This document shows positions 17,808-26,483 of a DNA stretch of 29,751 nucleotides, in pieces (position 1 is the stretch's first letter; every line of letters starts with the position of its first letter). Both the position numbers and the translations under genes were made by a program. Under the pieces are notes generated by a model that worked only from the letters and a program-made list of their open reading frames with translations, ran no database searches and had not been told where the DNA came from. The stretch comes from a virus (Duplodnaviria; Caudoviricetes). The stretch spans positions 1 to 29,751 of IMG/VR virus record IMGVR_UViG_3300005764_000062. One strand, written 5' to 3'.

Positions 17808-18853
17808 TAACCTCGCGGAAGCATGGAAGTAACGTCATGCGACTGTAAGAATTGTCCGCCCAGCGGGAACATAAATCCCTGGCCTTGACGGAATGGAATC
17901 AACGGGAACATCTCATCGTCCTGTTTGAAACAGTTGAGGATTCCGTTGCGATATTCAAGTTGCTGAGTCTGTCGGTAAGCAATCCAGTTGGTTTGTCCGA
18001 TCTCGGGGAACGTATTCACGTTCGCCACCGCCCAATCGGAGGCCAGCGCCTTGGCCTGGGCCATCACCGTGTCCGGCAGCTCGTACGGCATCTGCGGCAA
18101 ATCCTGCTGTGCGGACAGATCCGGCCAGCGGGTCCAGTAAGTCGCGTAGTAAGTGGTGAACTGCACCGGATTGGGATACAGCTCGACCACCGGCTGTCCC
18201 AGCTTGTTGCGCCCGTAGTTGGCCACGATGTAGGCGTCGCCCTGGCCGCCGCGCTGCGGATCGATGGCGTTGAGCTGGGCCTGGTTCCAGTAGAGATTAG
18301 GGCCGAAGATGGCGTAGCCCGAGTTGCGGTTGGTGATGACGTGATAGCGCACGTAGCGCAGATCGGGCGTCAGATCGAGGAAGGGCGGCGGGGCCGGCGG
18401 CGCGTAGTAGCACTTGAGCACCTGATAGGGCGCGCGGGAGACGCTGAATTCGCCGTAGGGCCGGTCGATCGTCAGTGTGTTGACGCCGTCCCAGGCCACG
18501 ATGTTGTAGTTGGGGCCGGTGGGCGTGGAAATGCCGTTGGTGGAGCCGATGCGCAGCTGGCGCCCGACGCCCAGAATAGGGGAGGCGAGCGGCGGGTTGG
18601 CCAGGGCCACGGCATCGAGCGCCGCGCTGGCGACGGCGTCCGCGATCACCTGGTGCGAGCCGAAGGTGGCGGACATGGACCCCATCGAAATACCGTAAGG
18701 TACGAACAGCTGCGCGTCCGGCACGAAGTGGAACGACCACAGCCTGGAGTCGCGCACACGCGCCCAGCTGCGGTTGATCAGCTGCTGCGCGTGTAGCGCC
18801 GACAGACGCGGAACCGTGCCCACTAACTCCGCCGTCAGGTCGGCGAACGCCAT
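17804..18853 (-). CDS. Head-tail connector/adaptor-like protein (349 aa)
   Basis: N-terminal helix pair QLINRSWARV..RLWSF; ELYPNP motif; position after capsid genes. Confidence 0.65.
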   Translation of the reverse strand: MAFADLTAELVGTVPRLSALHAQQLINRSWARVRDSRLWSFHFVPDAQLFVPYGISMGSMSATFGSHQVIADAVASAALDAVALANPPLASPILGVGRQLRIGSTNGISTPTGPNYNIVAWDGVNTLTIDRPYGEFSVSRAPYQVLKCYYAPPAPPPFLDLTPDLRYVRYHVITNRNSGYAIFGPNLYWNQAQLNAIDPQRGGQGDAYIVANYGRNKLGQPVVELYPNPVQFTTYYATYWTRWPDLSAQQDLPQMPYELPDTVMAQAKALASDWAVANVNTFPEIGQTNWIAYRQTQQLEYRNGILNCFKQDDEMFPLIPFRQGQGFMFPLGGQFLQSHDVTSMLPRGY

Positions 18854-18982
18854 TTATTTTCTCCGGGCTCGTCCCCTGCGGCCGCGCCGCTCCCGATTGG
18901 CTTCGTTGGCGAACTGATGCGCCGCAGTTTCGAGCGGCGGGGCCGCGCGGCCTTCCCGCGAAAGTCTTTTGCGTCGTCGCAT
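18854..18982 (-). CDS. Arg-rich micro-protein (42 aa)
   Basis: MRRRKRLSREGRAAPPLETAAHQFANEANRERRGRRGRARRK*; AGAGGA upstream; TAA abuts the next ATG. Confidence 0.7.
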   Translation of the reverse strand: MRRRKRLSREGRAAPPLETAAHQFANEANRERRGRRGRARRK

Positions 18983-18984
18983 AA

Positions 18985-19383
18985 CTAGCGTCCTCTGGCG
19001 AACAGGCGCACGATGGACGTGCTCAGATTGCCGCTGGCCTGTCCTCCCGCCGGGTCCATCCAGGCGAGCCGCACGGCGCTGAAGGTCCCGTCCGGCAGCT
19101 GCTGAGGCGAGGGCAAGCCAGGCGGCGGCTGGATCAGCTCGGGAACCACCATTACGGAATACCGGCCGTCAGTCGACCCCATGCCGAAAACAAGATCGAG
19201 CGTCTGCAGCCCAAAATCCTGGGCCGTGATCCGCTGACCGCCGCTCGGCGGCGTGACGGGAGGACCAGGCGTCCCAGGAACCAATGGCGTATACGTGGTC
19301 GGGCCGGTGACGTCGAGGACGCTGTCGGGCTGGTCCCCCGGAACCTTCGGATAGCCGTAGCGCGTTAGCAGAGCGGTCGCCAT
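18985..19383 (-). CDS. Small virion structural protein (132 aa)
   Basis: Beta-rich ORF ending VRLFARG downstream of capsid genes. Confidence 0.7.
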   Translation of the reverse strand: MATALLTRYGYPKVPGDQPDSVLDVTGPTTYTPLVPGTPGPPVTPPSGGQRITAQDFGLQTLDLVFGMGSTDGRYSVMVVPELIQPPPGLPSPQQLPDGTFSAVRLAWMDPAGGQASGNLSTSIVRLFARGR

Positions 19384-19446
19384 CTAGTATCTCCGCTTCT
19401 TCCGGCTGATTTTTCGGAATCCGATCTTGCGCACCCGGAGAGCCAT
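19384..19446 (-). CDS. Arg/Lys-rich peptide (20 aa)
   Basis: MALRVRKIGFRKISRKKRRY*; GAGGG upstream; TAG abuts the next ATG. Confidence 0.65.
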   Translation of the reverse strand: MALRVRKIGFRKISRKKRRY

Positions 19447-19448
19447 GA

Positions 19449-19556
19449 TTAAACCCTCGCGCCTCTTCGCTTCCGCGCCCGCGCGATCCGGAATCCGCGC
19501 GCCATTCCGCGCCGAACGCCGCGCGCCATTGCTCTACGTGCTCTGTGTCGTGCCAT
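19449..19556 (-). CDS. Protamine-like Arg-rich peptide (35 aa)
   Basis: MARHRARRAMARGVRRGMARGFRIARARKRRGARV*; perfect AGGAGG at 19565-19570. Confidence 0.75.
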   Translation of the reverse strand: MARHRARRAMARGVRRGMARGFRIARARKRRGARV

Positions 19557-19569
19557 ATTAAAGACCTCC

Positions 19570-20187
19570 TTAGAAATTCCAACCTGCGCCCAAACTCATT
19601 TCTACCGGACTCACCTGGCCGGACACCCCAGCCGCCTGCACCACGATTCCGAGGTAATTCGGACCGGGCGTTCCCGCCCCAGCCGACGGAGGCGTGGCGC
19701 CGGTGTTGACGCCGGCCGATGCGCCGATCGCCAAGGCCGCTCCGAACAAGACCATGGCGACGCCCGCGATCTGAATGAAGTCCCAGTTGCCGGGATAATC
19801 CGCGTTGACAATCACGCCCGCGGGCTTGAACGACACCTGCGCGACGTAATCGGTGGTGACGATATACTGCTGCTCGTCCTTCCAGAAAGCGATGCCCCCA
19901 CGCTGGGCGGGGGTGATCATGAGCGGGTCGAACTGCACGTACTGGTAGATCCCGCCATAGAGCGGACCCACCGTTGGATCGGCGAACTGCACCGCCCACG
20001 GGTTGGTAATCGTGAGCTTGCCGCCGATCTGGCCGTCGTAGGACTGCACGATCGAACCCGACGTCTGCGCGGTCGAGACCGGCACGCCGGGCGCGGGGTC
20101 GCCGCGGCGGTTGAGCTGGTTCAGGTAGTTCGTGGTGATGCGCGGATGCTGGTTCTGACCGAAAAACGCGGTTCCGCCGATAGGCAT
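19570..20187 (-). CDS. Putative capsid decoration/cement protein
   Basis: AGGAGG RBS; YQYVQF...GGIAFW...FIQIAGVA beta pattern; first structural gene after capsid. Confidence 0.65.
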   Translation of the reverse strand: MPIGGTAFFGQNQHPRITTNYLNQLNRRGDPAPGVPVSTAQTSGSIVQSYDGQIGGKLTITNPWAVQFADPTVGPLYGGIYQYVQFDPLMITPAQRGGIAFWKDEQQYIVTTDYVAQVSFKPAGVIVNADYPGNWDFIQIAGVAMVLFGAALAIGASAGVNTGATPPSAGAGTPGPNYLGIVVQAAGVSGQVSPVEMSLGAGWNF

Positions 20188-20189
20188 AA

Positions 20190-20738
20190 TTATTTAACCT
20201 CCTGCTCAACCGCGTCAGGATCGTGGATGAGCTCGTCGTGGGACGTAACCAAGTCCCAGCGGTTCTCAAAATTCATGATCTTTTGCGCCCTAGAATCTGG
20301 GCGCGTGGCTCGCTTGTACGCCCCATTGTGGACCCCTGCCAATACCGTGCACTGGCATTCTGCTAGTTCACAGGCCGGGACAATCCAGAACCTGTTATGG
20401 TCTACGCCCCAAAGGACCACGAGGTCGCATTCGGATGCGAAGTCCCGTCCCCGAACGGTCATCAATCCCTTGCCGCCCTTCACAACCTTGCGCTGCATGA
20501 AGTGGAACCAGTAGGCTCCGCCCGCATAAATCTGCTGATCCCTGCGAGCGCGACGGGCCAGATGCGTCATCTTGACCTGGATGCGGATTCCGCTGTCGGT
20601 TACGAGGTCAACTCCGCTATCAACGGCAGGGAAATAGACGTTCACGCCCCGAAGGAGCAGTTGGCTGGCTACTTGATAAACTCCGGCCTGGCCATGACGG
20701 CGGGTCCATCCGTTATCGAGTTTGTTTAGATTTCCCAT
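20190..20738 (-). CDS. PD-(D/E)XK endonuclease, homing-endonuclease-like
   Basis: G.AG...VASQLL.RG.NVYFP..DSGVDLV....RIQVK and CDLVVL....RFWIVP motifs. Confidence 0.85.
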   Translation of the reverse strand: MGNLNKLDNGWTRRHGQAGVYQVASQLLLRGVNVYFPAVDSGVDLVTDSGIRIQVKMTHLARRARRDQQIYAGGAYWFHFMQRKVVKGGKGLMTVRGRDFASECDLVVLWGVDHNRFWIVPACELAECQCTVLAGVHNGAYKRATRPDSRAQKIMNFENRWDLVTSHDELIHDPDAVEQEVK

Positions 20739-20780
20739 GTACCTTTTTACCGCTTCTCTATGCCGCTAAGTGTCGTACTT

Positions 20781-21935
20781 TCAAGAATTTACGCCGTAGA
20801 TCTGCGTGTTGCTCCACGGGGCCACGCATTCCAGATTGACCGCCGCCTTGAGCTGGCTGGCCACGCGCGTGTTATCGGGCGCGCGGATGAAATCGGTTGG
20901 ATTGAAGCCGAACTCAGCGTCGTTCGAGACCCGGAACTTCCAGCGGCTGGTGTTGAAGAAGACGCCTACTTCGCCGACCTGCAAACTAGTCACGGCCGCG
21001 GGCGGAAAGTTGTTAGCCGGCGGAATCGGCGGAGTCGGCGCGGTGTAGGGGATGACGCCGGTGAGGTTGTTGCCGAGGCCGCCGTTGCTGGGATCGGAGT
21101 AGGGGAAGCCGAGCGCGCTCGGAAAGTAGTCGTCCATCATGACGACCGAGTTCTTGAAGCGGAACCCCACCGCGCCGAAGTAGGGATCTTTTACGCTGGC
21201 GGTGTCTTGTCCGAATCGCTGCTGGGGCTGGATGCGGTTCTCGACGAAGGAAACGAACGGCTTGTTCGCGCAGAACAGATCCGGCTCGTCGGTTCCGCGT
21301 TTCGCCAGATTGTATGCCGCATTAAAGACCGGGTAAGTGATCGTTCCAGCCGACCCGTCCGCTTTTCCGGCCCAGTACACATTACCGTTAAGAGCCTTGC
21401 GCACATTACCGTTGCGCATGGCCGTACCGTAGGTAGTGTAGACATTGCCGTCCCAACTAGGAACAAATCCGTCATTAATCGCTTCCGTCCATCCGTTGAT
21501 ATTAATCGTTCTGGGCGCGATCTGGCCGTTCTGCTGGATATCGAGCGCCATGATGGCGGAGATCGTCTGGTAGGCGTTGGCCATGTCGGTTTCGAGCAGG
21601 CTGAAGACCGCCAGGTCGCCGGTGTTCAAGACGGAAATATCCTCCAGGTACTCGATGATCATGACCACGTAGTAGCGTGGATCGAAGACGGTCGAGCCCA
21701 GGGTCTGCGGCTTGGTCAGATTAAAGCCGCCGATGCCTTTGGCGTACGCGCCGCCGTTGAGCGGGTTGTACAGGAAGACGTTGCGCGTGAACGCGCCGCC
21801 GGTGAAGGGGACCAGACACTTCGCGCGGAGGTGCGCCTGGAGGACGCTGGCCAGGAAAAAATTGTCTTCGATCGCCGCGTCGTTGATTTCCGGCAATGTC
21901 GTAGTGTTGACTTCATCCAATAATGGGTCGGCCAT
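20781..21935 (-). CDS. Major capsid protein
   Basis: 384 aa after scaffold, strong AGGAGG RBS; IEDNFF..S.L..L, INGW..I, PDL..., GF.F....VMMD motifs of HK97-fold coats. Confidence 0.88.
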   Translation of the reverse strand: MADPLLDEVNTTTLPEINDAAIEDNFFLASVLQAHLRAKCLVPFTGGAFTRNVFLYNPLNGGAYAKGIGGFNLTKPQTLGSTVFDPRYYVVMIIEYLEDISVLNTGDLAVFSLLETDMANAYQTISAIMALDIQQNGQIAPRTININGWTEAINDGFVPSWDGNVYTTYGTAMRNGNVRKALNGNVYWAGKADGSAGTITYPVFNAAYNLAKRGTDEPDLFCANKPFVSFVENRIQPQQRFGQDTASVKDPYFGAVGFRFKNSVVMMDDYFPSALGFPYSDPSNGGLGNNLTGVIPYTAPTPPIPPANNFPPAAVTSLQVGEVGVFFNTSRWKFRVSNDAEFGFNPTDFIRAPDNTRVASQLKAAVNLECVAPWSNTQIYGVNS

Positions 21936-21951
21936 TCGGCCCTCCTAATTT

Positions 21952-22977
21952 TTACGCCACCTTCGTTGGCTTACGCTCATCCGGAGCTCCCATGGGAACG
22001 CCGCTCGCACGGCGCTCTAGGAAACGCTTGCCGGCTCGCTCCGCGCCGCTCATCGACTGGCGCTCGGCCGCGCTCGGCGTCTCGCGCAGCTTGGGCGCGG
22101 ACGACGGCTGCGTGTCTTCGTGAACTTTGAACTTGTGATCGAAGATCTGGCTGGTTCGCAGGCCCTGCTGCTCCATGCCAGGCCGGACGCCGGCCAGGGC
22201 GGCCTCGCTGATCTTGGCCTGCTGCTCCGCGTCCCACTTCGCCCGCAGCTCCTTCTCCAGGCCGTCGTCGTGGTGCTTCTGCCGCAAGTTGGGGGCGTCG
22301 TACTTCTCTTCCCAGAGAGCTTTCAGACTGATCGGCCTGCCCGCGCGCCCGCGGCGATCGGCCTCGTTCAATAACTCTTGGGCTTCTTTCGCCGTCATGC
22401 GCTTGCCGGTCAGCTCGCGGTGCTCGTCGCGGATGTCGCTCCAGACGATGTCCAGTTGCGCCATACCGCCCAGCTCCGGCACCAGGCGCTCCGTCAGGTA
22501 GGTCGTGATTTTCTTTTCGAAGTCGGCCAGCTTCTGATCGATGTCGGTGGAATTGTCCACAGGCCTCCTCGTCTGAAACGTCTCGATCTGATCGGGAATG
22601 CTGGGAATGTCGTCGTCGGAAAGCTGATAGGTGTCTTTGATGTGCTTCAGGCGCGCGTTGGCCTGCGCCACCGACACCTTATGCGAGGCCAGCTCCCGGA
22701 GCACTTTCGCCTTATCGGTTTCCGCCGCCTCCAGCAACTGGCGATACTGTTGGATCTGGCCGTCCCAGTTGCGCTTTTCATCGGCCAAGACCTGACGGTC
22801 GCTGGCCAGCGCCTGGGTTTTCGTCCGGTAGTCGCGATCCCGCATGAACCCGCCCACAAACTTGGTGGCGGTGTCGTCGTTGGCGAGCAGCTTCTGTTCT
22901 AACAGCGCATAAAGCTCTCCGTCGTCTCCCACGGCTTCGCGGATAGTGGCTTTGAGCGATTCTTTGTCAACGGGCAT
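21952..22977 (-). CDS. Capsid scaffolding protein
   Basis: Charged coiled-coil with MRDRDYRTKTQALA motif; directly upstream of capsid; AGGAG RBS. Confidence 0.75.
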   Translation of the reverse strand: MPVDKESLKATIREAVGDDGELYALLEQKLLANDDTATKFVGGFMRDRDYRTKTQALASDRQVLADEKRNWDGQIQQYRQLLEAAETDKAKVLRELASHKVSVAQANARLKHIKDTYQLSDDDIPSIPDQIETFQTRRPVDNSTDIDQKLADFEKKITTYLTERLVPELGGMAQLDIVWSDIRDEHRELTGKRMTAKEAQELLNEADRRGRAGRPISLKALWEEKYDAPNLRQKHHDDGLEKELRAKWDAEQQAKISEAALAGVRPGMEQQGLRTSQIFDHKFKVHEDTQPSSAPKLRETPSAAERQSMSGAERAGKRFLERRASGVPMGAPDERKPTKVA

Positions 22978-23053
22978 CGGGCGCTCCTGTCAGTCGGTTT
23001 CCCGGTTGCTGACCTGAAAAACTAGCCGCGAACAGCAGACTTTGCTCCGGCCC

Positions 23054-23422
23054 TTATCCGCCGATGGCGGGGGCCTGAGGTTCCGACTGTCCGGGACTGG
23101 TCATGATTTGCTTTAACGCGGCGCGCATTCCAGTGACCGCCTGGCGGATGCCTTGCTGGGCGGAGAGCAGAGACGGGGCCGCCGCCGGGAATTGCCGGGC
23201 GATCTGGGCCATCTGGATTTCCGTCTTCTGCACGACCTGTAAGGCCTGCCCCAGCATGCCGCTCATGCCTCCGCCGGCCCCTCCACCCTCAGGTGTCGCG
23301 GCCTCTTCGGGTCCACCGCCGCCAGGAGCCATACCCGCCAAAGTAGCGGGGCCAGGGGCTGTGCCGCCTGGAGGGCTGGGCGTATCATCAGGGGACCGAA
23401 GTCCGGTAGGCGCTGCTGCCAT
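23054..23422 (-). CDS. Hypothetical Gly/Pro/Ala-rich protein
   Basis: Disordered N-terminus plus helix hairpin (IARQFPAAAP). Confidence 0.6.
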   Translation of the reverse strand: MAAAPTGLRSPDDTPSPPGGTAPGPATLAGMAPGGGGPEEAATPEGGGAGGGMSGMLGQALQVVQKTEIQMAQIARQFPAAAPSLLSAQQGIRQAVTGMRAALKQIMTSPGQSEPQAPAIGG

Positions 23423-23501
23423 AATGTTTGCCGATTAGTTAAAGGCTCTAGTTGGAAACTAGGGGCCGCGCACCGCCCGGCCCCCGGAATTTCGTGCCGC
23501 C

Positions 23502-23543
23502 TTATCGACGACGTCCGCGACGCCTGCCTCTTCGACGCGCCAT
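23502..23543 (-). CDS. 13-aa Arg-rich peptide MARRRGRRRGRRR
   Basis: AAAGGAGA RBS; nine Arg encoded by mixed codons (CGT, CGA, AGA, AGG, CGC), so not a DNA microsatellite. Confidence 0.7.
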   Translation of the reverse strand: MARRRGRRRGRRR

Positions 23544-23609
23544 AGTGGGCACTCTCCTTTCTCCGACCAGCGCCGGTGCGCCTATCGGTACTCAGAGCCG
23601 GTAAGCCCC

Positions 23610-23668
23610 AGAAAAAGCAAAAGGCCCGTTGTCCGCCGGAACTGGGGGTTCCGGAAAACAACGGGCCT
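23610..23668 (-). terminator. Intrinsic terminator-like hairpin in the capsid-operon leader
   Basis: AGGCCCGTTGT (23622-23632) pairs with ACAACGGGCCT (23658-23668); inner CCGGAAC/GTTCCGG stem; U-rich tail on the minus strand. Confidence 0.75.
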
Positions 23669-23712
23669 GGGTTGCCGAGAAACTTTCGGACCAGCTTACC
23701 GTCCTACGACGA

Positions 23713-23742
23713 ATACTACGAGCGAAGCGGCGGATTTGTCAA
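23713..23742 (-). promoter_or_regulatory. Sigma70-type promoter upstream of scaffold/capsid genes
   Basis: TTGACA (23742-23737), 18 nt, TAGTAT (23718-23713). Confidence 0.7.
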
Positions 23743-23960
23743 GATTGCTCGCGGCGGGAGGTTTTCCACTCCGCCAGGCCGTTGGGTTTGCCGTTGGCGT
23801 AGTGGATGGTCAGCTGGCCGGTGCCCTGCAATCGTTTGATGGAGTCCATGGCTTCGCGGATCGAGTCGACCTCGAAGCGCACACTCTCCTGGCTTTCCGA
23901 GCGTGCGCCCGGAATACCGGCGAGAGTTCGCAGCAGACCATCAGGCGCGCGCTTTTGCAC
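23739..23960 (-). CDS. Hypothetical protein (start uncertain)
   Basis: Helix plus GTGQLTIHYANG hairpin; ends at the promoter -35. Confidence 0.5.
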   Translation of the reverse strand: MQKRAPDGLLRTLAGIPGARSESQESVRFEVDSIREAMDSIKRLQGTGQLTIHYANGKPNGLAEWKTSRREQS

Positions 23961-24108
23961 GGCGACGCGATCCGCCCTTGCCTTCCTTGCGGCGCTCGGA
24001 AAGCAGGATGGCGATGGCCTGCTTGCGCGATCTCACTTTGGGGCCGCGCTTCGAACCGCTTCGAAGCCGCCCCTCTTTGTATTCATGCATTACGTCTTCG
24101 CTGGGCAC
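23941..24108 (-). CDS. Basic DUF6496-like protein (55 aa)
   Basis: VMHEYKEGRLRSGS.GPKVRSRKQAIAI.LSE motif; AGGAGG before GTG 24108. Confidence 0.8.
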   Translation of the reverse strand: MPSEDVMHEYKEGRLRSGSKRGPKVRSRKQAIAILLSERRKEGKGGSRRRAKARA

Positions 24109-24116
24109 GATTCCTC

Positions 24117-26312
24117 CTAATGCCTGGATTCGCGGACGATGGGCCTCACGCCGCCCTTGTTTTCCATCGTGGGGGCCTGCGCCGCGGTGGGGGGACGCCC
24201 GCGTCTTCCGCCTCCCTGTTGTCCGCCGCCCATCGCCTGCTGCATGCGGGCCTGGATCTCCATCCACGCCGTCCAACGCTCAAAAATCGTCTGCGCCCGG
24301 CGCAGTTGCCCGGTGGACGCATCCGGAATCATCGGCGTCTCGCCGAAATTGCGAATGTCGAACAATTCCGCCAGCGTCCAGGGATCGAGCGGAAAACCGC
24401 GGCCCTGTAGCTGGATGTAGAACAGCTTGCGCGAAATCGAGTTGAATTCGTGCAGCGAGTAGGGCGTAACCGTGAAGTTGAAGTTGTCCTTGTGCCAGCG
24501 GGCGCGCTCGAACTGCGGCACGATCTCGCCGCGCGCGAAGTAGGCTTCCCACTCCTCCGGCGCTCCGAACTTGCGGCGCATCTCCATCGAGCGCATGTCC
24601 GGAGCCCCGGTGCTCGCCCACAGGCTATCGTCCGCGTAGGGAATCAGCGTGCCCGGCCGATAGTCGAAATCCTCCTCGGCCACGCCCTCGGGTCCGATCA
24701 GCTGCATGCGCCGCGCGGCCGTGTAGAACTGGAAAAAGTTCGACTTCCACTGCTCGCCCAGGAGACGGATGGATTCTTCCATGTTGCGCGATTGGTCTTT
24801 GATTAACGGCCCTAGTTGCTCCATCAGCTTTTCCACGCTGTCGCCGCTCGGGAGCTGCCGCGCCCGCGCGAGGGCGGCGGCGTCGGCCACGCCCATCTGC
24901 TCTTTGATCATCGATTGCAGCATCCCCTGCGCCTGCAAATAATGCGCCGGGTATTCGTACCACTGGAACGGCAGAAGCGGCCCCATCTGCTGCGCCAGCG
25001 GAACTAGCGAGAGATCGAGTCCGACGACCTGGTTGGGAATGCGGGTATTGATGGTCTGGGCGAGGGCGGCCGCCTGCGAGTTGCGGTCGAAAGCCCGCGG
25101 CGGCGACAGGCGCGCGTTCATGGCGTCGATCATGCCGCGCCACATCTCGACCGAGGCGCGCTCCAGCGACTGGCCGTAGCGGGTCATGGGGAAGCCCAGA
25201 AAGTTCCAGGCCCAATCGTCGGAGCGCAGCTGCGCCACCGGCACCTTGGCGTGCCAGTAGGGCGAGGCCTGGCAGGTCGGATCGGGATTGACGCACACAC
25301 CCAATAGATCGGTGCCAACGCAGATGATCAGCCGCCGGTTGGGATACAGCAGGCAATCCTCACGGCCCGCCTTGCGGAACCGCGGCGATCCGTTGAGCTG
25401 GCCGATGGGGATCTCCTGGCCCACGTAGGGCACATCGTAGCTCCAGCTAGTTCCGTAGACGCCGTCGGGACCGCGCATCTTGACCACTTCGCCGGTGTCG
25501 TTAACGCTATCGTCATCGACGTAGATGTAATACACGTCGACCATGGCCCAGGGCGTAGCCTCGCGCTCGTAGCGCGTGCCCTGGCCGAAGCGCTTGAGCA
25601 CCGCGGTCGCGAACTTCACGGCCTGGGAGATGACCGTGCCGTGTCCGGCCTGGGCGTCGCGCGCCGGCTTGATCTTGTGCACATACAGCGGGAACAGACG
25701 CCAGGCCTCGTGCACGGGCGTCTCCACCCGCAGCGCCACCGCGTAGGCCTTCTGCAGATCGTGCTGGCGGCCGAGTCCCACTGGCAATACATCCAGCGGA
25801 CCATAGGCGTCCCAGACGATGTCGCCCTTGCCGCGATACCAATAGTTGGGCTCATAGCGCGTTCCTACATAGCCGGTGCCGGCGGCGCAGGCCCACTGCC
25901 AGGCCTTGCGCAGACGGCGGTCGGCGAACGTCATCCCCTGCCACGCCATGAAGCTCTTGTTGAGGATCATCTCCTGCTGCCGGAACTCATCCACGTTGCT
26001 CTTGAAGGCCGGGATGATGCGGATGTTGGTCTGGGCGGCGATGATCTCCTTGATGTTGCGCACCGTCTGATCGGTGCGCATGTGGGACAGCGTACCGATG
26101 GGCGTGGTCGACGGCCCTTCGCCGTTGACCAGGTCGATGCCGTCGCTGATGAACGGGTAAGCGGGCTGCAGGCGCAGGTAGGCGCGCCCGTCGCTGACGA
26201 TGTCCTTGGCCCAGGCGAGCAGCGAATCGGGACTAGCGACGTCGCGGTTGCCCGCGACTGTGTCGCTGTCGAAGGGGGCGGGACAAAGATACGCCGAATC
26301 AACACCCGGCAT
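24117..26312 (-). CDS. Portal protein
   Basis: 731 aa; WACAAGTGYV and MIKEQMGV.D..AL...QLPSG motifs, Gln-rich tail; upstream of scaffold and capsid. Confidence 0.85.
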   Translation of the reverse strand: MPGVDSAYLCPAPFDSDTVAGNRDVASPDSLLAWAKDIVSDGRAYLRLQPAYPFISDGIDLVNGEGPSTTPIGTLSHMRTDQTVRNIKEIIAAQTNIRIIPAFKSNVDEFRQQEMILNKSFMAWQGMTFADRRLRKAWQWACAAGTGYVGTRYEPNYWYRGKGDIVWDAYGPLDVLPVGLGRQHDLQKAYAVALRVETPVHEAWRLFPLYVHKIKPARDAQAGHGTVISQAVKFATAVLKRFGQGTRYEREATPWAMVDVYYIYVDDDSVNDTGEVVKMRGPDGVYGTSWSYDVPYVGQEIPIGQLNGSPRFRKAGREDCLLYPNRRLIICVGTDLLGVCVNPDPTCQASPYWHAKVPVAQLRSDDWAWNFLGFPMTRYGQSLERASVEMWRGMIDAMNARLSPPRAFDRNSQAAALAQTINTRIPNQVVGLDLSLVPLAQQMGPLLPFQWYEYPAHYLQAQGMLQSMIKEQMGVADAAALARARQLPSGDSVEKLMEQLGPLIKDQSRNMEESIRLLGEQWKSNFFQFYTAARRMQLIGPEGVAEEDFDYRPGTLIPYADDSLWASTGAPDMRSMEMRRKFGAPEEWEAYFARGEIVPQFERARWHKDNFNFTVTPYSLHEFNSISRKLFYIQLQGRGFPLDPWTLAELFDIRNFGETPMIPDASTGQLRRAQTIFERWTAWMEIQARMQQAMGGGQQGGGRRGRPPTAAQAPTMENKGGVRPIVRESRH

Positions 26313-26343
26313 ATGGGTATTCTACGCTGGCGACTAGCGAATC

Positions 26344-26481
26344 CTAGTTTTTTCGTTCGCGCACAAGGCAATATAACGCGGCTTCCAGCAGCTCCGATTC
26401 GGTTTCGATGTATTCACGGAGATCGCTACCGCAATTCGGACATCGCCGCTCATCAGGCGGCAGAGTCTCCTCCTCCGTCAT
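26344..26481 (-). CDS. Small CPNCG protein (45 aa)
   Basis: MTEEETLPPDERRCPNCGSDLREYIETESELLEAALYCLVRERKN*; starts right at the upstream stop. Confidence 0.5.
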   Translation of the reverse strand: MTEEETLPPDERRCPNCGSDLREYIETESELLEAALYCLVRERKN

Positions 26482-26483
26482 CA

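Noticed and set aside
20190-20780. Group I intron in the capsid region
   Set aside because: The capsid gene ends normally, flanking gaps are only about 42 and 2 nt, leaving no room for a ribozyme core
23560-23710. tRNA or known riboswitch
   Set aside because: No cloverleaf or T-loop and no aptamer consensus I can recognise; reported only as a structured leader
23675-23746. Self-targeting of the capsid promoter by the unit with spacers ATTCTTGA and GAACTTTC
   Set aside because: Each half has a 7/8 match here but about 50 bp apart, not adjacent; such short matches are expected by chance. I found no full bipartite self-target by eye, and the search was not exhaustive
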